A DNA stretch of 64,000 nucleotides. Source: Desulfobacterales bacterium. Its GTDB lineage: Bacteria > Desulfobacterota > Desulfobacteria > Desulfobacterales > UBA5852. The translations under genes were made by a program, and so were the position numbers. The DNA lies in the NCBI GenBank assembly GCA_963674755.2, contig CAXXVS010000002.1, positions 1,216,001 to 1,280,000 on the forward strand, given 5' to 3'. The notes below the pieces were generated by a model, which saw only the letters and a program-made list of their open reading frames with translations, did no database searches and had not been told where the DNA came from. Of the stretch, positions 10,238 to 20,545 are shown in pieces. Position 1 is the stretch's first letter. Every line of letters starts with the position of its first letter.

Positions 10238-10940
10238 TTATTTCCTGTCTGATTGATCATCATATGTCTGTCCCCGCCTGCATGTTCAACTTAACCATCT
10301 TCAATAGAAGTCAATCAACAAAACAATCATATGTCCACGCTAAAGCCTTTCATACTAACTCTAAGCTTAGATCGAAAGCTTTTTGAAAGGCTACCATACC
10401 ATAAAAGGTTTTTTTAACCTATATATCTGAAAATGTTGTAAATTTTCAATTTGTGCACTTACTTAAAATTGAATTGATTTTCCTGAAAAAGTGTACCACT
10501 AGTTTCAGACCCGCCCCTACCCTGCTCAATGAATCTTTCTCTGCTGCCCCCAGTGAATGCTAACGCACTGCGCTATACCACCCACAAGACCGGCTTTTAC
10601 GATCAATCCATGCAGGCTTGCTGCAAAACGTTAGCCTGATCCCTGGTAATCCGGCTGAATATCAGCGAGTACTTTGCTAATTCAGCGGCCCGCCTTTCGA
10701 TCACCGACGGCACGGCTCTGGCCTTTGTACCCTTGCGGGCCCTCCTGACCCGCATAGCGCCCATTAAACAGGCCGTGACCTCCCAGCGTTTTAGGGATGT
10801 CGAATATGCTTGATCTGGTTGCCCGGAACCTTGCCGATATCGTTAGCGGCACTGAGTCCGAGCTTTGCCTAACCGAGGCCTATGCCCAGGCCTTAAGCAA
10901 CCACCAGTCCGCGGGAGCCTCCACAGGCTAAGGCAGCGAG

Positions 10941-11354
10941 ATGGAAGTGGTCCTGGCTGCAGATGCCATCGCCACCGGCAGCGTGGCTATGCTCCAGCCC
11001 GAGTATGGCTGGCACCTCAAGGCCAGCGGAGAGAATGGCGATGCCGTGCGCATCCTGCGGGTGGGCCCCTTTGTGGAGCTGCCCGAGATATCCCATAGCA
11101 TTTACCGCGACGCCCGGTTGATCGAGACCAGGGCCACGGCCGAAATCGACGCCCACACCCACGTCGATATCGCGCGCACCGTAACCCTGGGCATCCACCT
11201 GCCCGAGCTGGAGCCCGGCGATATTGCCGGCCTCAACAGCGCCCGCCGCAATAAAAACGAGCTGGGCCAGGTGACCGGCCACCGCATCAGCGGCGAGCTG
11301 AACAGCCTCACCAACGAGCTGGACATATCATTTTACAAGGACTTGACGCGCTGA
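10941..11354 (+). CDS. Hypothetical protein, probable phage tail-region remnant (likely 5' truncated)
   Basis: GC-rich coding-like ORF whose stop overlaps the next start (TGATG); context is a small baseplate-like ORF and a two-TM ORF. Confidence 0.45.
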   Translation: MEVVLAADAIATGSVAMLQPEYGWHLKASGENGDAVRILRVGPFVELPEISHSIYRDARLIETRATAEIDAHTHVDIARTVTLGIHLPELEPGDIAGLNSARRNKNELGQVTGHRISGELNSLTNELDISFYKDLTR

Positions 11355-11596
11355 TGCTTGAGCAGATCCTGAAAAGAAAGCCGCCCACCTTCACGGCGGG
11401 GACGGTGCGAGACGTGGACACGGCCCGTCAAAGGGCTCTGGTTGAGCTTCAGAGCGGCCTTACGTCCTGGATGGGATATGGCAGGGTCGATCCGCCGGGC
11501 GTTGGAGAATCGGTGATCGTGGCCCGTGACAGGCAAAGATTTATCGTACAGCGGGCGGCCGATCAGCCACCCGGAGAAACCCTAATCGAAGTTTAA
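11354..11596 (+). CDS. Small phage-like protein (OB-fold/baseplate-spike-like)
   Basis: GTVRDVDTARQRALVEL...VGESVIV pattern; translationally coupled to the previous ORF. Confidence 0.45.
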   Translation: MLEQILKRKPPTFTAGTVRDVDTARQRALVELQSGLTSWMGYGRVDPPGVGESVIVARDRQRFIVQRAADQPPGETLIEV

Positions 11597-11599
11597 ATA

Positions 11600-13299
11600 G
11601 GGCTTCCTGAATAATGTCCTTTGCGCCGCATATCCTATCGCTACTGAGGTTTTACGGCCTGCAGAAGCCAACGAGACCAATGTCACCACCGAGACAAATA
11701 CGGCAATATCGCCTTGCAGGAGGCTTATTCCAGCGGCTGGGAGCCCAGATAGTAGATGTGAGGCACGAAAAGAGCGCAAAAAAATGGCTCTTGAGCCACT
11801 CCTCCAGATTCATCACCACGAAGGCCACCAGGATCGCCGCCTCGGAGGTGATATCGAGCTTGCACATGATCCGAGATAGCCTGAAGCGCCGCTTGCCTTG
11901 CCCGAACTTGCCTTCGATCGGTATCCGGGCAAGTTCGCCCTGGCGGGCTTGCTTGGCCATGGCCTTTTGCTTCTCGACATCGGCCGGTGGTCGGCCCAAC
12001 GGTGGTCCTGAAAGGCGAATGCCATGCTTTTTGCAAAACTTACGGTTGGCCCAGGTGCGGTAGATCTTATCGGCGTGGACCGATTCCGGATAATGGCCAA
12101 AGCGCGTGCGGTAAGCCTCGATCTGCCCGATCAGATCGCCGGTCTCGTTATAGGCATCCCAACTGATGCGATCCACAAAGGAGACGCCGTCAATCAGGCT
12201 GGCCGATATCTTGGCGCCAAACTCGGTGGCGGCCCCGGCCTTACCGCGCTTGATAGGCCGAACATGGGGTTGTGAGACGCTCACAATGCGATCGGCGATG
12301 CGGGTCTCGCGGTGATCATAAAGCCATTGCTGCTGGCGATAGACTTCATGGATGACCAGCAAGTTCTTGTAACCACGGCGCCTGAGGACGGTAAGCGGTG
12401 TCTGGCGCGAGAGCTTATCGATGGTTTTCAGGTTCCGCCTAAGATATCCTAACTGCTTTCGCCGGGCCTTTCGCATCTTGTTCTTTGATAAACGCTTGCC
12501 CTTGGCGGCGGCAAGAAATGCCTTGCGGGCCACTTTACGGTAGGTGCGCGGCTTTTTCTGCTTTCCCTTGAGTGGCTTGTGCAGGATATCGATGATCTCT
12601 TCGCTTTTCTCGCGGGCGGTGTTCAAAAGCTTCAGATCGGTCGGGAACGTAATGTCCGCCGGCGTGCAGGTGGCATCCACCAGCAGCTTGCCCCGGTTGC
12701 CGGATGCGCTCCCCCCAGAATCGTCATCGCCGTTGTCATCCGATTTGGTCTTGGCCGCTTTAGCTTCTTCATCGAGTGCTTTGCAGGCAATCGTTTCGTT
12801 GATCTTGGCCATGCGCTTCTTGCCGAAGCGCTTTCTGAAGTAAACGAACAGCGACGGGTCGAAGGGCTTCTCGTCAACGTATTCCCTGTAGCCCAGAAAG
12901 TACTGTAGGTATGGATTCTCCCGGATCTGCTCCACGGTTTCCTCGTCGCTGGTACCCAGGCGCTCTTTGATAATCAGCGCACCCAAGGCCACCCGCACTG
13001 ATTTGGCTGGAGGCCCCAAACGCGTATTTTTGAAGCTTTTGCGGTAGGCCTTTTCAAACTCATCCCAGGGGATAAACTTGGCCATCTTCACCCAGCGATT
13101 ATCGCTGCGCAGTTTACCGCCGAAGGGTAGATGGAAGTCTTCGAATTCCAATTGGCGCTGATTGTGTCGATACATGAGAATTCCCGGAAAAAGTGCACGG
13201 ATTTTGGCCAAAATGGGAGGGTTTGTTTTTCACTTTCTCGGCAACTTATAGCATGTATAGACAATAAATACAAGATCTTAAACGTTATTAAGGAAGCCC
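11600..13299 (-). mobile_element. IS5-family insertion sequence, 1700 bp
   Basis: Terminal IRs GGGCTTCCTGAATAA / TTATTAAGGAAGCCC; 6-bp target duplication TAAATA at 11594-11599 and 13300-13305. Confidence 0.9.
11652..13175 (-). CDS. IS5-family DDE transposase
   Basis: QIRENPYLQYFLG, LLVDATCTPADI, EFGAK, ADKIY and RIPIEGKFGQGKR. Confidence 0.93.
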   Translation of the reverse strand: MYRHNQRQLEFEDFHLPFGGKLRSDNRWVKMAKFIPWDEFEKAYRKSFKNTRLGPPAKSVRVALGALIIKERLGTSDEETVEQIRENPYLQYFLGYREYVDEKPFDPSLFVYFRKRFGKKRMAKINETIACKALDEEAKAAKTKSDDNGDDDSGGSASGNRGKLLVDATCTPADITFPTDLKLLNTAREKSEEIIDILHKPLKGKQKKPRTYRKVARKAFLAAAKGKRLSKNKMRKARRKQLGYLRRNLKTIDKLSRQTPLTVLRRRGYKNLLVIHEVYRQQQWLYDHRETRIADRIVSVSQPHVRPIKRGKAGAATEFGAKISASLIDGVSFVDRISWDAYNETGDLIGQIEAYRTRFGHYPESVHADKIYRTWANRKFCKKHGIRLSGPPLGRPPADVEKQKAMAKQARQGELARIPIEGKFGQGKRRFRLSRIMCKLDITSEAAILVAFVVMNLEEWLKSHFFALFSCLTSTIWAPSRWNKPPARRYCRICLGGDIGLVGFCRP

Positions 13300-13319
13300 T
13301 AAATAGAAAGGAAAAGACA

Positions 13320-13496
13320 ATGAAAGACGACAAACTTCCCGGAATGATCATTTTAGGTACTATCGCTCTTTGCGCCATCGCCGGCGGCTGCCTGATGTAC
13401 TGGCACGATCCTGCCAAGGCCATGAACATGGTAACGCCGCTCATCAGCATCGCCACCACGGCCGTGGGGGGTTATTGGCGGGTTGATTACAGGTGA
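13320..13496 (+). CDS. Small two-TM protein, holin-like
   Basis: AAAGGA SD then MKDDKLPGMIILGTIALCAIAGGCLMYW...; directly follows ORF 11354-11596 once the IS5 is removed. Confidence 0.45.
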   Translation: MKDDKLPGMIILGTIALCAIAGGCLMYWHDPAKAMNMVTPLISIATTAVGGYWRVDYR

Positions 13497-13596
13497 GCGG
13501 CGTAGCGTTTTAGGGATCAAGAGCAAACAATGAATTTGTCACAGTTGAATCTACATCATCCTAACAAATCGCCAGCTTTACGTTTGCATAAATATT

Positions 13597-13893
13597 TTAA
13601 ACGAAGTCATCCTTAACACATGCGGCAATTTTTTCAGGCACAACTGACTCTGGGGCAACGATGGTTTCGGTTCCACTGTCTGTAGTGCGTGTAATTTGAA
13701 ACCGAAAAGCATCAGCAAGCGCGGGGGCTTCTTTTAAATCGCGGCCATTGAACAATGCATCCAGCTCTTGGAGCTCGGTGTCAGATAATTCCGATGTGTC
13801 TATCTGCCCGCGGCTTCGAATACGAGCTCGGGTTCCGCCAAAGCCAGCTAAACCTCCGAGCCTTTCAATTGTCAAAACAGCCATTTGGGACAA
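13597..13893 (-). CDS. Protealysin inhibitor (emfourin/M4in family)
   Basis: IERLGGLAG and ADAFRFQIT motifs, about 95 aa, immediately downstream of an M4 peptidase. Confidence 0.8.
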   Translation of the reverse strand: MSQMAVLTIERLGGLAGFGGTRARIRSRGQIDTSELSDTELQELDALFNGRDLKEAPALADAFRFQITRTTDSGTETIVAPESVVPEKIAACVKDDFV

Positions 13894-13917
13894 CTCCGAT
13901 ATATATTTGTAAGCCGA

Positions 13918-15039
13918 CTATAGCCCAACGTCTTTCCAGGCTTTATCAACAGCAGCCTTGATGGACGCATCGGCAGGGAAAAGCGATCCAGCTAATTTTC
14001 GAGTTCGGTTGGCGAATACCTTCATCTTCAAATATGGATTAGGTGCGAAACCTGTCAAGGCATCGTACCATATTCTCCCGGCTTTTTCCCAGCTTTTGCC
14101 ACCGATCATCATAGCCGCTTTATAAAAGGCAAAATTTGGTATACCGCTGCTTTCATGGGGGTCCATGCCATCCTTGTATTCGGAAAAATGCGCTGGTTGC
14201 GGCGAAAGGCAATGGTTTGCCCCAGGGTTCGACATATCGCGGAGGCACGTATAACCGCGCTGAATCGCACCTGGCCCCATAATATCGCTGCCGATCAACC
14301 AATCAGCATTAGAAACCGTCTGTTGTAACTCCCACTGCCGGAACATCGAACCGAATACGTCTGAGATACTTTCGTTAAGACCGCCTGCTTGGTTGCTGTA
14401 GGCGAAAGCAGCGGTATATTGGGTGACGCCGTGGGTCAATTCGTGCGCAATGACATCGTTTGATTGGGTAAAATCCACAAAGATATTTCCATCGCCATCA
14501 CCATAGGTCATTTGACTGCCGTTCCAAAAGGCGTTGTTGTAGTCTATGCTATAATGGATGGAGGACAAAAGCCCCATCCCGGCATTGTCTATTGAGTTAC
14601 GGCCGAACACCTTCTTATAAAATTCTGAAACCGACTTAGTTTCGGCATAGGTGCGTTTGGCAGTGGGATCCAGGGATGTTTGCGGCTTGGAAATCGGGGT
14701 ACCAGGCAACGTGGTGCCATGTTGGCAATCGAATACCGAAACCGCGGGCGGAGTTGCGGCAATGGCAGCGGTCATACCGGAGACGAGATATTTTTGTGTT
14801 AAAAGAGTGTATTTCCCCTTTGCATATCGCACCTTTCTCCACTCGTCTTCGAGCTTAGTGGCATCGATAAATGATTGTCTCTCCTTATTGGATAGATTTT
14901 TATCCTTGGCGAATTTTTCGAGAACGGATTTTGGGATAATAAAGCATCCGCAGGGGATAATCATATTGTCATGTGGTTCCTTTGCCAGTTTGTCGTTGGA
15001 ACATTTTTCAATGTCATTAAATCGTTTTGATTTTTTCAT
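13918..15039 (-). CDS. Protealysin-like M4 metallopeptidase
   Basis: Propeptide CFIIPKSVL, YNNAFWNG, HELTHG (HExxH), GLNESISDVF and HESSGIPN. Confidence 0.92.
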   Translation of the reverse strand: MKKSKRFNDIEKCSNDKLAKEPHDNMIIPCGCFIIPKSVLEKFAKDKNLSNKERQSFIDATKLEDEWRKVRYAKGKYTLLTQKYLVSGMTAAIAATPPAVSVFDCQHGTTLPGTPISKPQTSLDPTAKRTYAETKSVSEFYKKVFGRNSIDNAGMGLLSSIHYSIDYNNAFWNGSQMTYGDGDGNIFVDFTQSNDVIAHELTHGVTQYTAAFAYSNQAGGLNESISDVFGSMFRQWELQQTVSNADWLIGSDIMGPGAIQRGYTCLRDMSNPGANHCLSPQPAHFSEYKDGMDPHESSGIPNFAFYKAAMMIGGKSWEKAGRIWYDALTGFAPNPYLKMKVFANRTRKLAGSLFPADASIKAAVDKAWKDVGL

Positions 15040-15133
15040 TGTTGTTCCTCCTAATTAAATTAGGTTAGTCATTGCATGTTATCCTTCTGGATAAAGACAC
15101 ATTCTTATTTTACTGGGAAAATATTTTACCGAT

Positions 15134-16714
15134 CTAATTGTCCATTAGTTCGATAATCTCCTTTTCGATGGTCAACCTCTCCAGTTCAAGGCGTGCACGT
15201 TCAATGTCCATGGTATCTATTTCTTTAAGTAATTTTTGCAATTCGAGATTATATTTAAGATCCGATAGCTCTTTGTCTTCTACCTTCGTTAAATCGGAGA
15301 GCTCCTTTTGCTTTTTAATCAGCTCAATTTGATTATTTAGGCTATCAACTGTCTCTTGGTTGTCTGCCTTCTTCTCCGCTTCTTTGATTTGGGCTCGTTG
15401 TATTTTGTATTTTGAGTACTCTTCAGCTATTTCTCCAAGTGCTGCAGAGGCTTCCTCTGCAGGCGCATTACTAGAATATTTCACACTGTTTAGCATGCCG
15501 CTTTCACTAAAGGTTGCACTGAAGTGATTCTCTTGAAAAGCTTTATTAACGAACGGCAAGACAGCAATAGGTCCGGCATCAACTAAATTAATCCTGTCCT
15601 TCCAAAGTGTTTCGACATTTTCATCGCTATCTTTTCTCGTAATCTGTGCATCAACAAGTACAGCCTGTCGATAGACGATGCCATTAACAGGCATCGTCGG
15701 GCGTTTAAATTGGTACGGTTTGCCATCCTTGATGCTGTAATTCACATTTATCTCCATATTCTCGCGCAGCTCCGGTATTTCGAAGCTTACCGACAATATT
15801 TTTGCGGCATCAGTAAGATATCGTTGCCCAATTAATATTTGACTCATATCATCTCTAAACCACTTTTCTAGCGATTCTTCTTTTGGAGATAAAACGATTT
15901 GGTCGGTAGTTGCAAATTTAAAAGTTTTTTCGACTGTTAGGATATCCAATGAATCGTTATATTCTTGATTCAAGCCTTCTAGTTCGGCATGTAATTGAGT
16001 CAACTCTTTTAGGCTTCTTTCTAAATCCTTAATACTGGGCGCGTTTTCTGTGGCCTCCTCGATGCTTTTCCTTAATAATTTTATTTCATTAATTTTGCGC
16101 TTTATTTCTGTTAATTTGACAGCCACATTCTTTTTCTGTGAATCAATATTTTCTAGTGCAATTTGAACTTTTTTTGAGCACACAGATATCGTCTCAACAT
16201 TGCCTCTCGTTTTGGTTTCCTGTGGAAGGAGGGTTGGAATGGCCAAAAGCCCAGCAGGTCCAACCCCTTGTACGAGTGCAACTGTTGCCGCAACTTTGGC
16301 AAGAGCTATGGCTATTTCGGCAGTCTGATCATCTGCGCTCGTATTGATTGATTTGATCATTCCATTAGGATGATATTGCAGGTCGAAATCAAATTTTTTG
16401 GTCATTGACTCCAGTTCTCGGTACTCAATCAAGTATGTATTCGACAGGTCGGCAACAGATTGAGACGTCACTGCAATTTTTGTTTTTACCTTCAGATAAA
16501 GCCGCCATTCTTCCTTTTTCATTTTGATTATGTAAGGGCATTGCTGAAGAACATTCGATACGGTAACGTGGAATTCGGATTTTGGTAAGTAATAGAGCGC
16601 ACCTTCATAAGTATCGGCTTCCTTATATTTCGATACCTTTAGATAGGTGCAACTCATACCGAAAGAAGCAATCAGGAAGGACAGGATAACCGCCAAACAG
16701 TAGACTTTTCGCAT
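15134..16714 (-). CDS. Hypothetical lipoprotein with long coiled-coil segments
   Basis: 526 aa; hydrophobic signal peptide ending SFGMSC; heptad-rich central and C-terminal regions. Confidence 0.65.
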   Translation of the reverse strand: MRKVYCLAVILSFLIASFGMSCTYLKVSKYKEADTYEGALYYLPKSEFHVTVSNVLQQCPYIIKMKKEEWRLYLKVKTKIAVTSQSVADLSNTYLIEYRELESMTKKFDFDLQYHPNGMIKSINTSADDQTAEIAIALAKVAATVALVQGVGPAGLLAIPTLLPQETKTRGNVETISVCSKKVQIALENIDSQKKNVAVKLTEIKRKINEIKLLRKSIEEATENAPSIKDLERSLKELTQLHAELEGLNQEYNDSLDILTVEKTFKFATTDQIVLSPKEESLEKWFRDDMSQILIGQRYLTDAAKILSVSFEIPELRENMEINVNYSIKDGKPYQFKRPTMPVNGIVYRQAVLVDAQITRKDSDENVETLWKDRINLVDAGPIAVLPFVNKAFQENHFSATFSESGMLNSVKYSSNAPAEEASAALGEIAEEYSKYKIQRAQIKEAEKKADNQETVDSLNNQIELIKKQKELSDLTKVEDKELSDLKYNLELQKLLKEIDTMDIERARLELERLTIEKEIIELMDN

Positions 16715-17237
16715 GAGCCCTCCAGAAATTCATTTGGCGTTGATATTCAGAATCATACACGATTTACAAAAAGGTGGGACGTATCCATAATCGTCTTGCA
16801 TCAGAAAAAGGCGCGGCTTTAATTAGGAGGACAAACAGCAGGATTTATACCGAAATGAATGGAATTCCCTTCACTCGAACGTAACCACATGAAATCTATT
16901 GAAAAGTGCAATAAATGTATTATGTAAGAATATCAGATAGACAGACTGCTTGTAAATCAGGTAGACGATTGGTCGCAGAAATTGATTAGCAGGTTGACAC
17001 CTTGGTTACAACCGTACGTATTATCCGTCCTATGAAGACTACTCCCCGTCCACAAAAGCTGCGTTGAAAAGAAACAGCCGGGGATTGTGCTTCTTTTCCT
17101 CGAAATGGATGACAGTGCCCTCCGAGGGCTTAAGGCGGGCCTTGAATGTCAATGATCACCCTAATGAGGCCACCTATGATCGCCTTAATGGGGCCATTTC
17201 AAACCGACCAAAAAGCGGTTTTCGGACCGGCTTCAAA

Positions 17238-18041
17238 CTATTGTTTTTCACCCCCTTTCGAACCGCCGTTTTTGGGCGTTTTTTGACATGTGTTTTTAGC
17301 TGATTTGGAGACCGGTCGCGGGGAGCGATAGCTCTTGCCCTCCAGCACGACGGTGTAGGCACCGTGGCGCAGCCGGTCGACGGTGGCTTCCCCCAAAATC
17401 CGGTTTGGAAAGGCGTCGGTCCATTCCGGGATGTCCAGGTTCGAGGTCACGATGGTGCTTTTGCGCTCGTAGCGCTCTGAGATGACATCGTGGAAGTCCT
17501 CGTCCTGAGCGGGTTTGAGGGGTTTAAGGCCGAAGTCGTCAATGATCAGGAGATCGACGCCGGCGATCTTTGCAAAATGCCGATCGTAGCCGTTGGTTGC
17601 CCGGGCGGCGTTTAGCTGGGAGAGCATCTTGGATGCGGAAGTAAAGAGCACGCTGTGCCCGTTTCGAATGGCGCTGTGGCCGAGGGCCTGCGCCAGATGG
17701 CTTTTTCCCGTTCCGCACGGGCCGATGATGAACACACAGACCCGCTCGGCCATGAACCGGCACGAGGCCAGCTCCATGACCAGGGCGCGATTGATGTTGG
17801 GATTGTAGGCGAAGTCAAACTCTTCCAGGGTTTTCTGGTTACGGAAGTTGGCCCGCCGCAGGGCGGAGGCTAATTTCTTCTGGTTGCGACGGGCGATTTC
17901 GTCGGTGATGATGGTGGCCAGAAAGTCCATGTAGGACATCTTGTTTTCGATGGCCTGCCGGTTGCGCGACTCGATGGAGTCCAGGATTCCCGACAGGCGA
18001 AGCTGCTTTAGCATGGGCGTCAGATCGGGTATCGGATTCAT
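17238..18041 (-). CDS. istB: IS21 helper ATPase
   Basis: GPCGTGKSHLA, LLIIDDFG, TSNL and DRLRH; overlaps the istA stop (ATGA). Confidence 0.95.
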   Translation of the reverse strand: MNPIPDLTPMLKQLRLSGILDSIESRNRQAIENKMSYMDFLATIITDEIARRNQKKLASALRRANFRNQKTLEEFDFAYNPNINRALVMELASCRFMAERVCVFIIGPCGTGKSHLAQALGHSAIRNGHSVLFTSASKMLSQLNAARATNGYDRHFAKIAGVDLLIIDDFGLKPLKPAQDEDFHDVISERYERKSTIVTSNLDIPEWTDAFPNRILGEATVDRLRHGAYTVVLEGKSYRSPRPVSKSAKNTCQKTPKNGGSKGGEKQ

Positions 18042-19588
18042 GACGGCCTCCTTTCCCGGTACACCTGGTGGCGAAGAAAACGGCCGTTGCCGGTGTACGC
18101 CGCAGCTAGCGGGATCACGTTGGGCTGCTCGTAGAGCGGCGCCTGGTCAAGGCCCTGATGCAGGATGCTTTTTACCGTACGGTATTTGACGTTGTCGAAG
18201 TGAAGCGCCCGGCGGCAGGCGGCTTCCAGGCGGGCCGTGCCGTACTTTTTGCTCAAGCCGATTACGCCCTGGGCCGCGCGCAGATTGTCGAGCACTTTGT
18301 GGGCAAACAGCCGGCGGACGAGCCGATGACAATCCGGGCCGACGGCTTCGGCCTGCTTCAGACACCACTGTGGGTCCTGCATCTTGTAGGCCAGGGCTTC
18401 CGGCGGCATGTGGCCGTCGACCGTCGAGCGCTGGCCGGCGCGCTTGAGCCGCGGGTGGGTGGCCACGAGCTTCACGTCCTGGTAGAGTTTTACGGTCGTG
18501 TCGGTGGCTTTTAGCATCAGCTCCTGGTGCACCAAGCGGAAGGGCGCCGAGTAGTAGGCCTTTTCAAACTGCACATGGCAATTGCCGTGCACCTTGACCC
18601 GGGTCCAGACGGCGAGTTCCACGGGAACATCTGGCAGCGGCTTTAAAAAGTGTTTTTCGGTCTCCGCAAACATCTCCAGCGGCCTTCGGTGGGTTGTGCC
18701 GTGGATGCGGTTGCCGGCCCTTTCCAGCAGCCAGCGGACAAGCTGCTCGTTGGCGTCGGCCAGGGTTCGGAAGGTACGAAGCGGCACGAAGTTGTTTTTG
18801 ACATATTTGACACCGGACTCGACCCGGCCCTTTTTCTGCGGGTCCCGGACGGGACACGGCGAAATGAGAAAGCCGTATCCTTCGGCCAGCTCGCCGTAGG
18901 AGCGCTGAACGTCCGGATCGGTGTAGCAGGCCCGGGTGATGGCGCACTTGGGATTGTCGATGATCATTTTGGCCGCCACGCCATTGAAAAACGCGAATGC
19001 GCGCCGATGGCAGGCCAGCCAGGTTGCAACTTTCTGGTCGGTGACGATCTCGGCATACATGTGGCGGCTGAAGCACAGCGTCATCACAAAGATCCAGGTC
19101 TTGATCACCGCGCCGGTAAACACGTCCTTGATCGTGGGCCCTTTGCCGAAGTCAACCTGGGCTGCTTCGCCTGGGGCAAAGTCCAGAACGCAAGAGGCTT
19201 TGGGGCTCGCGTGGCGCAGCTTTCTTACCTGGCGCCGGACAGAGGAATAACTGCCGGAAAATCCGAACTGCCCGACCAAGGCCTCATAGATCGTCGTGGC
19301 TTGAATGCCCTCTGCGACCCATTGCTTGATCTGATCCGCATGCGGCTGGGTCAACGGGGCTTGGTTTTGGCCGGGGGATCTTTTAACCTCGAAGATCTTG
19401 GCGAGTTGTTCGTCGTCGGGCAGCGGGCCGCTATTGAGCCAGCCCTTTTGCCCAGCGACCTCCCGCACGGCGGCGCATTTGGTCCGTCCGATCAGTTGGC
19501 TTTTCGCGATGGCGCGGTCGCTTTGTCCAAGGCGCATACGGTGGATGACTTGTCGGTACTGATGCATCTCGATTCTCCTGTTGGCCAT
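18038..19588 (-). CDS. istA: IS21 transposase
   Basis: PGEAAQVDFG, IDNPK, KGRVESGV and YSAP; GGAGG SD before ATG 19588. Confidence 0.95.
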   Translation of the reverse strand: MANRRIEMHQYRQVIHRMRLGQSDRAIAKSQLIGRTKCAAVREVAGQKGWLNSGPLPDDEQLAKIFEVKRSPGQNQAPLTQPHADQIKQWVAEGIQATTIYEALVGQFGFSGSYSSVRRQVRKLRHASPKASCVLDFAPGEAAQVDFGKGPTIKDVFTGAVIKTWIFVMTLCFSRHMYAEIVTDQKVATWLACHRRAFAFFNGVAAKMIIDNPKCAITRACYTDPDVQRSYGELAEGYGFLISPCPVRDPQKKGRVESGVKYVKNNFVPLRTFRTLADANEQLVRWLLERAGNRIHGTTHRRPLEMFAETEKHFLKPLPDVPVELAVWTRVKVHGNCHVQFEKAYYSAPFRLVHQELMLKATDTTVKLYQDVKLVATHPRLKRAGQRSTVDGHMPPEALAYKMQDPQWCLKQAEAVGPDCHRLVRRLFAHKVLDNLRAAQGVIGLSKKYGTARLEAACRRALHFDNVKYRTVKSILHQGLDQAPLYEQPNVIPLAAAYTGNGRFLRHQVYRERRPS

Positions 19589-19693
19589 GGCATTCCTCCC
19601 GGCGGCTGGTGGTTTGCCGGAAAGACTTACCAGATTGTGGATGTAAGGTCCGAGATGCTTTTTGGTTTTATACGCGTTTTTCCCTGCGGCAGG

Positions 19694-19838
19694 TGGCCTC
19701 ATTACGGTGATCACCAACTGGCCTCATTAGGGTGATCATCAAGTGGCTCCATTAGGGTGCTCACAAAGTGGCCTCATTAGGGTGATCACAGGGTGGCCCC
19801 ATTAGGGTGCTCATGGAATGGCTCTATAGCAGTGACCA
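19694..19838. repeat. IS21 subterminal repeats (six copies, 25-bp period)
   Basis: Core TGGCCTCATTAGGGTGATCA variants start at 19694, 19719, 19744, 19769, 19794 and 19819; two inverted copies at 17153 and 17177. Confidence 0.88.
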
Positions 19839-20319
19839 TTAACATTGAAGGGGCGCCCTTGGAATTTGTCGGAAATGTAACGGATCCCGCTTTCGTGCAG
19901 CGTGTAAAAACAGGCGTCAATTGCTTTGGTGGGATGGTGATTAATGGCGACGACACGGACGTATTCGGGGTTCTTGTGGTTCTCGTACCGCAGGGACACA
20001 TAGCTGTCAGGGCCGGGATCGATATGCTTCAGAACATCAGATCTATGCGCGATCCGCCTACCGGTTAGCTCCTTCACCTTAACAGCCATGTGCTCCTGCA
20101 TCGCTCCTCCCCGCGAAAGATGGTCAAGTTTATCGGGGTGTAGGCAGCATTTTTTATGCCAGTAGGCGGGCGATGCACTTATCCGGCATCCAACCTCCTG
20201 TAATCAACCATACTAATCTTCTCATAGGAATTATTATTAAATTTCAATGGGACAGGGAATTCGTCAATCGGGTAGGCAATTCGTTTCCATGATTAGGCGA
20301 CTATACCGGCCAATTCCTC

Positions 20320-20545
20320 CTAAATATCGCTGCCGAATTTATCAGCAATGCGCTTAATCTCCTTCCTGGCGGCAACCGCTATTCTTTTTTGAACGGCTTT
20401 GGCTGCATTGTCGGTCTCTTCAAGGTCGCCAATTATGATGATGTTTTCGTCATTTAATTTGTTGGCGGGACCCGTATAGTTAAAGCTTCCAAATATTGTC
20501 AGGCTGTCGTCAATGGCCATTAGTTTGTGATGCAGCTTAGCAAGA
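20320..20545 (-). pseudogene. C-terminal fragment of a phospholipase D/Nuc-family protein
   Basis: KLHHKLMAIDD...GSFNYTGPANKLNDEN (HKD motif); N-terminal part missing. Confidence 0.75.

Larger units (their letters stand above)
17147..19844 (-). mobile_element. IS21-family insertion sequence, 2698 bp
   Basis: TG...CA ends, 5-bp duplication TTGAA at 17142-17146 and 19845-19849, subterminal repeats at both ends, istA and istB inside. Confidence 0.93.
17039..20101 (-). pseudogene. Small hypothetical gene split by the IS21 element
   Basis: Removing 17147-19849 rejoins the frame: ...SDKFQGRPF|KARLKPSEGTVIHFEEKKHNPRLFLFNAAFVDGE* (stop 17039-17041). Confidence 0.7.

Noticed and set aside
19694..19844. 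CRISPR-like array of six repeats
   Set aside because: The 25-bp period leaves only about 5 bp between repeats, so there are no spacers. Inverted copies occur at the other IS end and there are no cas genes. These are IS21 terminal repeats.
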